DNA from: an uncultured Bacteroidales bacterium | GTDB taxonomy: Bacteria > Bacteroidota > Bacteroidia > Bacteroidales > UBA932 | DNA: 64,000 nucleotides | Assembly (NCBI GenBank): GCA_944323775.1 | Contig: CALUTT010000015.1 | Span: 507-64,506, forward strand | Reading direction: 5' to 3' | Shown here: positions 1 through 9,086 of the stretch, piece by piece | Layout: each line of letters starts with the position of its first letter | Position numbering within the stretch: position 1 is the stretch's first letter | Notes under the pieces: generated by a model | What the model was told of the DNA's origin: nothing | What the model saw: the letters and a program-made list of their open reading frames with translations, nothing else | The model's database searches: none | Position numbers and translations under genes: made by a program

Positions 1-277
1 GTTCCTTGCCGGCTATGTCCACGACTTCGAGAACGGCCTCTTCAGCGTGACGGACAGGCAGCTGCAGAAGGGGATGGGCATTGTCGCGGCACTCGCGTGC
101 AATTTCGGTCTAGGGTTTGACTTCGACCGCCATATCACGGTCGATGTAAGTTTCTCTCTGTGCCCGGGGCTGCATCTCAGACGCGATGCCGACAGCGGGT
201 CTACGATAATATCGGTTTTTCAGCGCGGCTACATTTCGGCCCTCTACCCTCAGCTGTGCATATACTACAGATTCTGA
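1..277 (+). CDS. Partial (5'-truncated) outer-membrane beta-barrel protein
   Basis: Frame open from position 2 (FLAGYVHDFENG...) to the stop at 277; amphipathic strands and C-terminal aromatic motif (CIYYRF); lies in tandem with the next barrel gene. Confidence 0.55.
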   Translation, partial: FLAGYVHDFENGLFSVTDRQLQKGMGIVAALACNFGLGFDFDRHITVDVSFSLCPGLHLRRDADSGSTIISVFQRGYISALYPQLCIYYRF

Positions 278-278
278 C

Positions 279-932
279 ATGAAGAGCGGCATCGGTCATA
301 TTGCGGCAGTGGCGGTCCTGACGGTATTGTTGGGAGTGCTGGACATCCATGACGCGCAGGCGAGACTGGGAAGCGGCCCGGTCGGCAGCAGGATCGGAGT
401 CGGAGTGGAGATGGGCTATTCTCAGGGAGTGTTCAGCCATCATGGCTTCAACATGCTCAGCCAGGACGGCTACAGGCTATATGATTTCAATTCCGGCTTC
501 ACGCCTTCTGCGAACGGCTATCTTCTTGCCAGCGTGAGCTACGAAGTTTCAAGACGCAACGTGATATCGGTACTCGGCGGCTACAGGGGAATCTCAGGAG
601 ACGACCGTTTCATGACGCTTGGCGTGAGGTATGCATTCCACTATTCCGGTACCGGCAGTGACGGGTTCTTCTCTCTGGCCGATGTGAATGCCGGAGTGAG
701 CACCAGGGTCGACATTGATCCCCATCCGGCATGCATCGCTTCATTCGGGGAAGGCTACCGTCTGAAACTCTCTCCGTGGGTGAACCTTGACTTCATGCTT
801 TCTCTGAGCTGTGCATTCGACAGTCCGGCCATAGTCAACCCCGAAGGGCCGGGCTATGTGCCGGAACAGAACATACTCAGCAACTTTGCCGGGTATTATG
901 CATTGAACTTCTCCCTGTCCCTGAATTTCTAG
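279..932 (+). CDS. Outer-membrane beta-barrel (porin-like) protein
   Basis: Signal peptide (AVAVLTVLLGVLDIHDAQA), alternating hydrophobic strands, C-terminal FSLSLNF. Confidence 0.65.
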   Translation: MKSGIGHIAAVAVLTVLLGVLDIHDAQARLGSGPVGSRIGVGVEMGYSQGVFSHHGFNMLSQDGYRLYDFNSGFTPSANGYLLASVSYEVSRRNVISVLGGYRGISGDDRFMTLGVRYAFHYSGTGSDGFFSLADVNAGVSTRVDIDPHPACIASFGEGYRLKLSPWVNLDFMLSLSCAFDSPAIVNPEGPGYVPEQNILSNFAGYYALNFSLSLNF

Positions 933-971
933 GAACTTCCGGACATCGGGACGCCGTCGCGCAAAAAGCGC

Positions 972-2255
972 TCAGAAAAGGTCCTTGACCAGCGTGATGA
1001 GCTTGTCGGGATCTACGTCCAGACTCACTATCAGGTCGGGTTCCTTGACTTTGTAGCCCCGGCTCATGGCCCCGAGCGTGCCGCCGCCGGTGCAGTTCAG
1101 CATCACGTACTCGTCTTTCTTTACCTTTCCGGCGCGGACTGCCTGGATAAGAGCGGACACTGCAGCGCAGGCTGCGGGGAGAAGGTCGTATCCCTCGAGG
1201 TTCCTGAAGAGCAGCATGCTGTACAGAAGGTCGTCGTTGGAGCATACGAAAGTGTCTCCCTTGCTTGCAGTGAGCACATCGAACAGCCCGCCGGCAAGAG
1301 AGTAGGGCGGTTTGCGGTTTGCGAGCACCTTGGCAAGTATCATCTCGGCATTGCGTCGTCCCTGTTCGGGAGAGATGTTGACAAGCTCCCTTGATCCAGC
1401 CTTCCACGAGTCGTGCATCAGTGTGAACGGTGCGTTCTGGGCGACGTAGACTCTCATGTTGTTCTTGCCGAAGTCGCCTGTCTGCGCGAGTCTCTCGGCG
1501 TTTTCCCATGCCGCGATGGCACCTGTGCCCGAGCCAACGGCCTGGAAGTACGCGTCAGGGATGTGGTGTGTGAACTCGGCGAAGCTAAGGACCGTCGTTC
1601 CCATGCCGTCGCGTCTTGCGACGTTCTTTGCCCCTCCTTCCAGGAAGAACATGGGGTCCTGTGCGAGTTTCTCTCCGACCGTGATGGCATCATAGTAGTC
1701 ACAGCCGTGCGGAACAGCGACCAGTTTGACGCAGTCCTTGAGACGTCTCTTGAACCACAGGTCGTGCTTGCTGTCCTCCGGTATGCATATTACGACCGGA
1801 ATGTTGTTGTTCGAACATACCTGGGCGAATGCCCTTGCGGTGTTGCCGGCCGACTGGACTATAAGCACCTTGTCTTCCCTGCGGTCCATCTTGGCGAGGA
1901 CCGTGTACGCCTCGGTCTCCTTGAATGAGCAGGTCTGCATGGTCGCCCCGATTTCAGGATTGTATCCCGAGAAGGTGATGAACAGGTTCTCGAGGCCGAG
2001 ATGGGCGGCGAGCCCCTCGGACTTGTATGTCACGGGAGCGCATGACTGCCTCAGGATCCGCTTGATCGGCATCCAGTCGGCATAGCGGTAGATGCCCGGA
2101 AGACGGTCCCTGGGGGTGAACTTCTTGTTCTCGTAAACAGCTCTGAGCAGTGCCGCAGGGCCACCATGCGGGTCGGAAAGGGTCCATCCTTCGTCTTCGA
2201 AGACCCTGCCCGTAGCCACGTTCATCAGCTTGTACTTTGTGGGGGTAAATCTCAT
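972..2255 (-). CDS. Cysteate synthase (threonine-synthase-like PLP enzyme)
   Basis: CSFKETEA PLP-lysine motif, QSAGNTARAFA, QAVGSGTGAIA and LNCTGGG; resembles the Methanosarcina-type cysteate synthase family. Confidence 0.75.
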   Translation of the reverse strand: MRFTPTKYKLMNVATGRVFEDEGWTLSDPHGGPAALLRAVYENKKFTPRDRLPGIYRYADWMPIKRILRQSCAPVTYKSEGLAAHLGLENLFITFSGYNPEIGATMQTCSFKETEAYTVLAKMDRREDKVLIVQSAGNTARAFAQVCSNNNIPVVICIPEDSKHDLWFKRRLKDCVKLVAVPHGCDYYDAITVGEKLAQDPMFFLEGGAKNVARRDGMGTTVLSFAEFTHHIPDAYFQAVGSGTGAIAAWENAERLAQTGDFGKNNMRVYVAQNAPFTLMHDSWKAGSRELVNISPEQGRRNAEMILAKVLANRKPPYSLAGGLFDVLTASKGDTFVCSNDDLLYSMLLFRNLEGYDLLPAACAAVSALIQAVRAGKVKKDEYVMLNCTGGGTLGAMSRGYKVKEPDLIVSLDVDPDKLITLVKDLF

Positions 2256-2276
2256 GGTATGTCGTTTTGTTTCGTG

Positions 2277-3686
2277 TCAGTCTTTAAGTTCCAGCCTGCA
2301 TACGTTCTCGACGTGCTGGGTGTGCGGGAACATGTCCACCGGCTGCACGGCCGTTATCCTGTACATCCCGCCCAGTATCTGCAGGTCCCTTGCCTGTGAA
2401 GCCGGATTGCAGCTGACATATACTATTCTCCGCGGAGCGGCCTGCATTATGGTGCTGACCACATCCGGATGCATTCCTGCACGTGGAGGGTCGGTAATTA
2501 CCACGTCCGGACTCCCGTGTGCTGAAATGAATGCCGGAGTCAGTATGTCCTTCATGTCTCCCGCGTAGAAGCTGCAGTTGTCTATTCCGTTTGCAGCTGC
2601 GTTGGCGCGTGCGTCCTCGATTGCCTGTTCGACGTATTCTATGCCGATTACCTGCTTTGCCTTGCGGCTGACGAACTGGGCGATGGTGCCTGTTCCGGTG
2701 TACAGGTCATATACCGTCTCTTCTCCGGAGAGCTGAGCGAATTCCCTTGCTACCTTGTATAGTTCATACGCCTGGGCGCTGTTGGTCTGGTAGAACGACT
2801 TCGGGCTTATCTTGAAGCGCAGGCCTTCCATTGTCTCGTAGATGGCTTCGCTGCCGCTGAAGAGCACCGGATCGAGATCGGCGATACTGTCATTGACCTT
2901 GGTGTTGATGATGTAGTAGAGGGATGTGATCTGCGGGAACGCCTCCATGATGCTCTCGAGCATCCGCTGCCGTCCGTCAAAATCACAGCCGAAGCAGACT
3001 ATTACCATTACCTGCCCGTCTTCGGTCGTGCGGACGAACATGTTCCTGAGCTGCCCGCGGTTTTCCCGTATGTCGTAGAAGCTGATTCCGTGGTCGATTG
3101 CGTACTGCCTTATGAACAGCCTGACTGCATTCGACGGCTCGGGCTGCAGGTAGCAGTGCCTGATGTCCAGGACCTTGTCGAAGAACTTGCCGACATGGAA
3201 GCCGAGCCCGCACTTCTCGTTCTCGGGTATGCTGTCAGGTTCTTCGCCGCTGAGTATCCAGCGTCTGTTGGAGGCCGAGAACTCCAGCTTGTTGCGGTAG
3301 AATCTTGTCTTTGCGGAGCCGATGACGGGGGAGACTTCAGGGATGTCGAGGTGCCCGATTCTCTGGAGCTGGTCCCTTACCTGAAGGCGTTTTGCCTCGA
3401 TCTGCATCCCGTATGGCAGCTGCTGCCAGCGGCAGCCTCCGCACACTCCGAAATGCTCGCAGAACGGCTCAAGCCTGTCGGGGGACGGCTGGACCATGCG
3501 CACTATGCGCCCTTCAAGGTAACTTTTCCTGCTTATGGTGACCCGTACGTCGACTACATCTCCCGGAACTGCGTATTCAATGAAGATGACCTGGCCTTCG
3601 GGCGTATGTGCTATGCACTTTCCCTCCGCGGCGACGGCCTGCACAGTCAGGTTCTCAATGATAGTGTCTTTCTTGACCTTTGGCAT
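2277..3686 (-). CDS. rlmD: 23S rRNA (uracil-1939-C5)-methyltransferase
   Basis: TRAM domain, CEHFGVCGGC Fe-S motif, DLYTGTGTI SAM motif, DPPRAG, YVSCNP, DMFPHTQHVE; start trimmed to MPKVKK at 3686. Confidence 0.93.
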   Translation of the reverse strand: MPKVKKDTIIENLTVQAVAAEGKCIAHTPEGQVIFIEYAVPGDVVDVRVTISRKSYLEGRIVRMVQPSPDRLEPFCEHFGVCGGCRWQQLPYGMQIEAKRLQVRDQLQRIGHLDIPEVSPVIGSAKTRFYRNKLEFSASNRRWILSGEEPDSIPENEKCGLGFHVGKFFDKVLDIRHCYLQPEPSNAVRLFIRQYAIDHGISFYDIRENRGQLRNMFVRTTEDGQVMVIVCFGCDFDGRQRMLESIMEAFPQITSLYYIINTKVNDSIADLDPVLFSGSEAIYETMEGLRFKISPKSFYQTNSAQAYELYKVAREFAQLSGEETVYDLYTGTGTIAQFVSRKAKQVIGIEYVEQAIEDARANAAANGIDNCSFYAGDMKDILTPAFISAHGSPDVVITDPPRAGMHPDVVSTIMQAAPRRIVYVSCNPASQARDLQILGGMYRITAVQPVDMFPHTQHVENVCRLELKD

Positions 3687-3705
3687 TGCTCGATGGATGT
3701 AATGC

Positions 3706-3715
3706 CGCAAAGTTA
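3706..3715 (-). promoter_or_regulatory. Bacteroidetes -7 promoter element (TAACTTTG) for rlmD
   Basis: Plus-strand CAAAGTTA at 3708-3715 matches TAnnTTTG on the minus strand, about 20 nt upstream of the ATG. Confidence 0.55.
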
Positions 3716-3785
3716 CAATTTGTTTGCCAATTGATGAAAAAATGTTTTCAATGATTCGGCATGGAGAAGATGCAGTCTCCCGCTT

Positions 3786-6700
3786 TCAGTTTGCCGGAGA
3801 GGCTTCGGCAAAGTCCTGGTCTGTGGCGTCACGCACGCAGCGGTAATAGACATATATGTCATCATCGACCTTTTCCCCGGCGTCCCCAAGACAGGTTACC
3901 TGAGTCCAGTCATATCTGAAAGCTATTCTGACCTTTTCATTGGAGAACCTGGTGCTGCAATATATAGGATATTGGCTAAGGGAGCCATTGAGCAACACTT
4001 CAGCGTTGCTCGCCAGAATGGTAAGCTCGGCGAGATTGGGAATTCTCCAGTGCCCTTGTCCGTTGACGGGGTCGTTTATTGACCCTTCGAAGTAATCCGC
4101 GCAGGGGTTCGGCTTGTTATTGCCTATATTCAGGACTTCATCGAGTCTTGCAGGTTCTGTCTGTGCTTTCTTTGAAACAACCAGTCCTTTGTAGAACCTG
4201 TTCTGGAGGTCATCTTCATCGTGCTCGTTCAACTGGGCATCAGTTCTTGTCGGACGGTACATGTTGTTGTCGAACTTGTCTCTGAAATCCAGCAGATAGT
4301 TTCCGTTTGGTATGGTGTACAGATCAAACATTGGGTCAGCCACTGCATAACCGGTGTTGACATCAGCAGGAAGGCTACGTATGCATCTTATCGGCAAGTC
4401 AGCTTCAGTCACACCGCCATACGCACCCTTTTCAACTGCCCAGAAGGTTTGTTTGCCATGTGTGCTGGTATGATACAATGCTCCATCAGCGTAATACTCG
4501 CTCGGATACCAATCGTTATTGTCGGGCCATCCGTCACCATCTGTGTCAGTACCTCTTCTCATTTCACTCTTGTCACCAACATACAGGTTGGATTCGTTGG
4601 ATGTGGCGATTGATCCCATTCCGATTCTCAGATACTCGTTGATGGCAGGAAGATACCAGTGCACTTCGCTTTTGTCGATAATGCCGTCGCCGTCAAGGTC
4701 CCTGTTACGTGACATGCATGCATAATACGCCCTGGCGACATTTTCTCTATACATGTCAGTAAGCTTTCTTGCTCCCGTGACATTGTCCTTGTATCCGTTC
4801 TCTGCCGCATCGATATAGTAATTCCATCCGTAATAAGCAGATCCTGATCCTATCATTGCCCATTGGTTGGACCTGCCGTCTGTATCGCTGTAATAATCAG
4901 ATGATTTCGGATCTCCGTATAGGCACAGCGGAGTCTCATTGAAAGTCTCCAGCCCGAAAGCGTTGATTTCTGAGGCAGCAGTGTTGTAAAAAGTCTGCAT
5001 CGAACGCTGGGAAATGTTGGTATGCACATTGCTGAACGAACTGTTGCCGTCTGATGACGTCTGTACATCCATGCTGATGAGCATTCTGCGCTGTTCCGTA
5101 TTTACGAACGTCCCCCAAGTGATATTGTTTCCGGACAAAGGGTCAGCTGTGTAGTAATATTCATCGACGAAGCCCGTAAAAGTTGCATAATAATGGGCTT
5201 GGCCATCAGAACCGGTACGGCTGAAAACAGAAATCCCTCTGCCGTCTTCAGTACTTTCTGCGGAATTTCCAGTATAAACGGTCTCTCCGTTCATTATTTT
5301 TTCTACGACCTGCCCCATCTTTACGCAGGCGTCATATACGTCAAGCAGTTTTGAGTCAGTCTTACCGTCAGCGCTTTTCCATGAAGGGAGTCCTGGATAT
5401 GACTGAAGGTCACTTACGTCTGTTTTCTGTGGCAGGAATTCGACCCATTTGTAGTCAACATCGGCAAGGTCAGCGGATCTTGCGGCTTCAAGCGCCTGGG
5501 CATAGTCGCCCCCGGAGTAATTCTTGACAAATGTCCTGTATGGATGCAATTCCCTGAGCCCGTTCTGGAAAGGAGTTTCGATTGTGACTATTAGGTGCTC
5601 GCTGATCGCATCGGCGTCACTCATGCCGGAATTCGAGTTCTGCGTTGCTTTTGCCGCCTCGGCGATGGCTGAAAGGTCATATTCAAGGAATACCTGTTCG
5701 AAATGTGCATCAAGGGCATAATTCCTCGTTGTTCCCGAAGTGCTGACGATGCTGCCTTCGGCTCCGGGCTGGTTCTCGACATCAGTGGTTGCCTCGACCT
5801 GAATGTTTTCTATTCCGTGGACAGATACGTTGTAGATGTATCTGTGATTGCGCAGGACTGTGAAGTCTCCCCAGTTCCCAGCACCGAAATTGCCGAGGTG
5901 TATCGTATATGAAACAGTCCCGGCATATACCAGATTGCTGTTGGCGTCCAATTCTGAATACTGTCCTTCGATGACGACATAAGTGGCGTTTACCGGCGCG
6001 TTTGTCCATGCCTTGTGTGTCGGCTTTGCCTCATCGGTTGTGTTACTGTCCCATTTCTCCCTTGAAGAATAGTCGCTGCATACACCGTTTCGGGAATCCT
6101 GGATGTTTTCAGGGATGAAAAACCTGAACGAGAATGAACCCCCTTCGGCACTTCCGATTGGCTTGCGGGTGCCGTCATAATAGAATTCTCTGTAGGACTC
6201 GTTCGGCGAAGTCTCTATTCCTCTGTTCGGTGAAAGCCTGGTTCCTGCAGGAATATTGTAGACATAGTAGTTGGAGGCATTGAATGAAATAGTATGTCCG
6301 TCGGTATTCGTATATTCCTGCCCGATATTGAACTGGATGTCAGCGATGCACCTTTGCAGATAGAGATTGCCGGTCGGGTTGTCTTTTTCGATCGTGACCT
6401 GATCCGCTCCGGTCATTATCATCTGCTGTTCATCGAAAGTCGGGGTGTTTCCGTCCTGACTGAATACTCTTTGAAGGAAAAACAGGCTCTTTCCGAGCTC
6501 TTCGGCTGATTTTCCTGCCTCCGCCCCTTTTTTCAGTTCGTTGACATATTCGGAAAACGATTTCCAGCGGCCAGGGTCATCTGGGTCAAACTCGTCAGTG
6601 CCGACTCCAGTCATGTCATAATGCTGCCAGTTGTTGTCGCTGATATAGTTTCCGAGAGCGCATATCAGTTTATTGCCGGTTGTTGTCGTGAATGTCGCCG

Positions 6701-7058
6701 TATACGTTATCCCGCCGTTGCCGGTGGAGCCGCCGCCGAGCACAAGACTTCCGTCCGCTGTCTCTACAATCTGCTCGCATTTTGACCCGTCAGAGTTGAA
6801 TATGAACAGAATCAGTGAGGTAAGACGAGAATATGAATTTGACTTAGTTACGACCAGTTCTTCCACGTCTTTGGCGGAAAACGTCATGGTCACTTCCACA
6901 GGCTTGCCTTCCTCGACGATCTTTGCGTCAAACTCCTCCTTTACGCATGCGGAGAAGACAAATCCTGCAACTGTCAACATGACAGCCACGGCAATAATCC
7001 TGAATGATATGTATCTGTCAGTCATCATTTTCACTGTTCTATTCAAATGCAGGGACAT
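3786..7058 (-). CDS. Large type V pilus tip/ancillary adhesin (lipoprotein) with C-terminal lectin-like domains
   Basis: Lipobox FVFSAC, processing motif VVTKS, N-terminal pilin fold motifs (LQRCIADIQF, VLRNHRYIYNV), and two W-x-L/I-P-x-x-x-E ... RC(I/V)R modules at the C-terminus. Confidence 0.75.
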   Translation of the reverse strand: MSLHLNRTVKMMTDRYISFRIIAVAVMLTVAGFVFSACVKEEFDAKIVEEGKPVEVTMTFSAKDVEELVVTKSNSYSRLTSLILFIFNSDGSKCEQIVETADGSLVLGGGSTGNGGITYTATFTTTTGNKLICALGNYISDNNWQHYDMTGVGTDEFDPDDPGRWKSFSEYVNELKKGAEAGKSAEELGKSLFFLQRVFSQDGNTPTFDEQQMIMTGADQVTIEKDNPTGNLYLQRCIADIQFNIGQEYTNTDGHTISFNASNYYVYNIPAGTRLSPNRGIETSPNESYREFYYDGTRKPIGSAEGGSFSFRFFIPENIQDSRNGVCSDYSSREKWDSNTTDEAKPTHKAWTNAPVNATYVVIEGQYSELDANSNLVYAGTVSYTIHLGNFGAGNWGDFTVLRNHRYIYNVSVHGIENIQVEATTDVENQPGAEGSIVSTSGTTRNYALDAHFEQVFLEYDLSAIAEAAKATQNSNSGMSDADAISEHLIVTIETPFQNGLRELHPYRTFVKNYSGGDYAQALEAARSADLADVDYKWVEFLPQKTDVSDLQSYPGLPSWKSADGKTDSKLLDVYDACVKMGQVVEKIMNGETVYTGNSAESTEDGRGISVFSRTGSDGQAHYYATFTGFVDEYYYTADPLSGNNITWGTFVNTEQRRMLISMDVQTSSDGNSSFSNVHTNISQRSMQTFYNTAASEINAFGLETFNETPLCLYGDPKSSDYYSDTDGRSNQWAMIGSGSAYYGWNYYIDAAENGYKDNVTGARKLTDMYRENVARAYYACMSRNRDLDGDGIIDKSEVHWYLPAINEYLRIGMGSIATSNESNLYVGDKSEMRRGTDTDGDGWPDNNDWYPSEYYADGALYHTSTHGKQTFWAVEKGAYGGVTEADLPIRCIRSLPADVNTGYAVADPMFDLYTIPNGNYLLDFRDKFDNNMYRPTRTDAQLNEHDEDDLQNRFYKGLVVSKKAQTEPARLDEVLNIGNNKPNPCADYFEGSINDPVNGQGHWRIPNLAELTILASNAEVLLNGSLSQYPIYCSTRFSNEKVRIAFRYDWTQVTCLGDAGEKVDDDIYVYYRCVRDATDQDFAEASPAN

Positions 7059-8109
7059 CTATTGTGTGTTCCACCCATGACATAACAGTAACGTTGAAGG
7101 CAACGTCCTGTATCATGTCGCTTATAGTACCTGAGACATTGATGTGGCTGTTGGCAGGCACGGACGGAAAGTATACGGTCTTTGCTTTTTGTACAGTTAT
7201 TCCGCCGCGTTCAATAGTGTAGTCGATATTCAGGCGGTAGGTCTTGCCGCTGTCATCGTAGGAGGAATTGTCTTCCCTGATGTATGTGTCGGCATTTTCT
7301 GAACCGTATGGGTTCGGAAGGATTGATGCCTCCGCGATGGTCTGTTCGCCATCAGAGAGAATAACGTCAGTGTCGGAAAGAATTACCGACGATCCGTCCT
7401 CATTTTCGGCGAAATATTCTGAAGTTCCGTTTATAAGATCGGTTTTGAGAGCCAGCGGTGCTTCTTTGGGCCCTTTCTCCAAGGTAACCCCTGTCACCGT
7501 TATTGTAGATTCACCATTTTTTTTCAGGCTGAGAGTAAGGCGGGAAATACAACGCTTGACATCAATGGGGATTATCTGCGTTCTGCCAGTCTCACCGTAG
7601 ACTGTGAATGAAAAGTTGTTGCTGTTTACCGCTCCTCCGGTGACGCGCTCGTTGCACATAGGCACGAATGCCGTTCCGGAGTAGGGAGCCAATGTCGAGA
7701 ATGTCCTGCTGTCGATGGCGCCGAGGACTGTGGACTCATCAAGGGCGGCCTCGGGATATATGCAGTCGTCGTTGATGATGACAACGAAATCCAGATCGCA
7801 TGGGAACTGCATGCCTGAGGTCTCGTCCCCGATCTGTATCGGACAGAGATAGGGCCCGGGCCTGTCTATGTTGGGGAAATAAGCGTATCCGACAGCCTTC
7901 TCGTCTGTGGAACCGCTCTTGTATGCATATACTCTTATGGAGTGTATGCCATAGTAGTCTTCTGCAGATTTGGTCTGCCTGGCATCTATTTTCAATAGGA
8001 CTTCAGCCGGGCCGGCGCTGCCCGCCGCCTGCCCGCGCTCAACGCATCCTGTAACGAGAGCGCAGACCAAAAACGAAACGATGAAATATATATGACGCAG
8101 CCTTAACAT
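7039..8109 (-). CDS. Type V pilus minor pilin (lipoprotein)
   Basis: Lipobox LVTGC, QTKS processing motif, VKRCISRLTL, C-terminal donor-strand-like SWVEHTIDVPAFE; start uncertain (8109 or 8142). Confidence 0.72.
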   Translation of the reverse strand: MLRLRHIYFIVSFLVCALVTGCVERGQAAGSAGPAEVLLKIDARQTKSAEDYYGIHSIRVYAYKSGSTDEKAVGYAYFPNIDRPGPYLCPIQIGDETSGMQFPCDLDFVVIINDDCIYPEAALDESTVLGAIDSRTFSTLAPYSGTAFVPMCNERVTGGAVNSNNFSFTVYGETGRTQIIPIDVKRCISRLTLSLKKNGESTITVTGVTLEKGPKEAPLALKTDLINGTSEYFAENEDGSSVILSDTDVILSDGEQTIAEASILPNPYGSENADTYIREDNSSYDDSGKTYRLNIDYTIERGGITVQKAKTVYFPSVPANSHINVSGTISDMIQDVAFNVTVMSWVEHTIDVPAFE

Positions 8110-8119
8110 GTGGTGTATA

Positions 8120-9019
8120 TTATTCAAAACCAGGATTGACATCCACGATATCCCAGTCCACGACGCTGATTCCGGTTTCTGAATATGTTATCAGGATAGG
8201 AATCGTCACTTCGTTTATCCCGTTGACACCTATGTCATAACGGTCTATGAAGTTGCTCAGAGACAGTTCATATATGTCCCTTCCATCCGAATGCCTGATT
8301 TCTATCTTGCAGTCCGGGTCGTCTTCATCGAAGCGGAATACGTTATAGAACAAAACATAGGCATCCTGGTCTTCCGGATCCGGGCTCATTTCCGGAATGA
8401 TTTCGCACGTTTGCTCGGACGGAGTATTGGCAAAGTCGGTATATTCCGAACTGCCGAGGTGTGAGAGAACAATCTCAGCTGTTTCGCCGGTGCTTGCATC
8501 TGTCAACTGGGCGAAGCCGTCCAGCTTGACGTACATTTTAATATGCGAGCTCTCGAAATAACACGTCTTTTCAACGTCAACGAGCGTTCTGGGAACTGTA
8601 AGGTCAACAGTGCTGAAATACAGGGAGTCAACGCCTGAGAAACTGTTGCTCTCGTCAAAATGACCCGGTTCTGCTATCCTGCCTGTTCCCCAGTTCTTGT
8701 CCATCATCGAGCGTTCCGCCGCATTTCCCCACAGGACGAACTTCCACTCGCCTGGCGGCAAGATGATATGTGCCCCTTGACATGAAGCAAGGTCCTGTTT
8801 GTCGAATATGTATTCGGAATGAAAGGCTGAATTGTCAACGGAGTAGACATACAATCCGACACTTTCAATCTTGTCCGGGAATATATCGGTGTTTCCGTCC
8901 CCATTATAGATGAAGTGCAGAAAAACGTCTCCGCCGCAGTCGTCGCGGTTCTCTCTTATGCAGCCTGACGCGACAATCAGAGTGAGAACAGATAGAATAA
9001 TATGCCTGACTATTGACAT
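8120..9019 (-). CDS. FimB/Mfa2-family pilus anchor lipoprotein
   Basis: Lipobox VASGCIRE, typical F-x-Y-x-GDG...FPDKIESVGLYVY and WGN motifs; ends DWDIVDVNPGFE; start trimmed to 9019. Confidence 0.8.
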   Translation of the reverse strand: MSIVRHIILSVLTLIVASGCIRENRDDCGGDVFLHFIYNGDGNTDIFPDKIESVGLYVYSVDNSAFHSEYIFDKQDLASCQGAHIILPPGEWKFVLWGNAAERSMMDKNWGTGRIAEPGHFDESNSFSGVDSLYFSTVDLTVPRTLVDVEKTCYFESSHIKMYVKLDGFAQLTDASTGETAEIVLSHLGSSEYTDFANTPSEQTCEIIPEMSPDPEDQDAYVLFYNVFRFDEDDPDCKIEIRHSDGRDIYELSLSNFIDRYDIGVNGINEVTIPILITYSETGISVVDWDIVDVNPGFE

Positions 9020-9047
9020 TTCGCCCGTCTTTTGTCTTGGAAGTTTG

Positions 9048-9080
9048 AAAACAAAGGGGGCAGGAGCAGTCCTGCCCCCT
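9048..9080 (-). terminator. Intra-operon intrinsic terminator after the left major pilin
   Basis: Perfect 10-bp stem AGGGGGCAGG (9055-9064) / CCTGCCCCCT (9071-9080), followed by TTGTTTT on the minus strand. Confidence 0.75.
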
Positions 9081-9086
9081 GGACTG

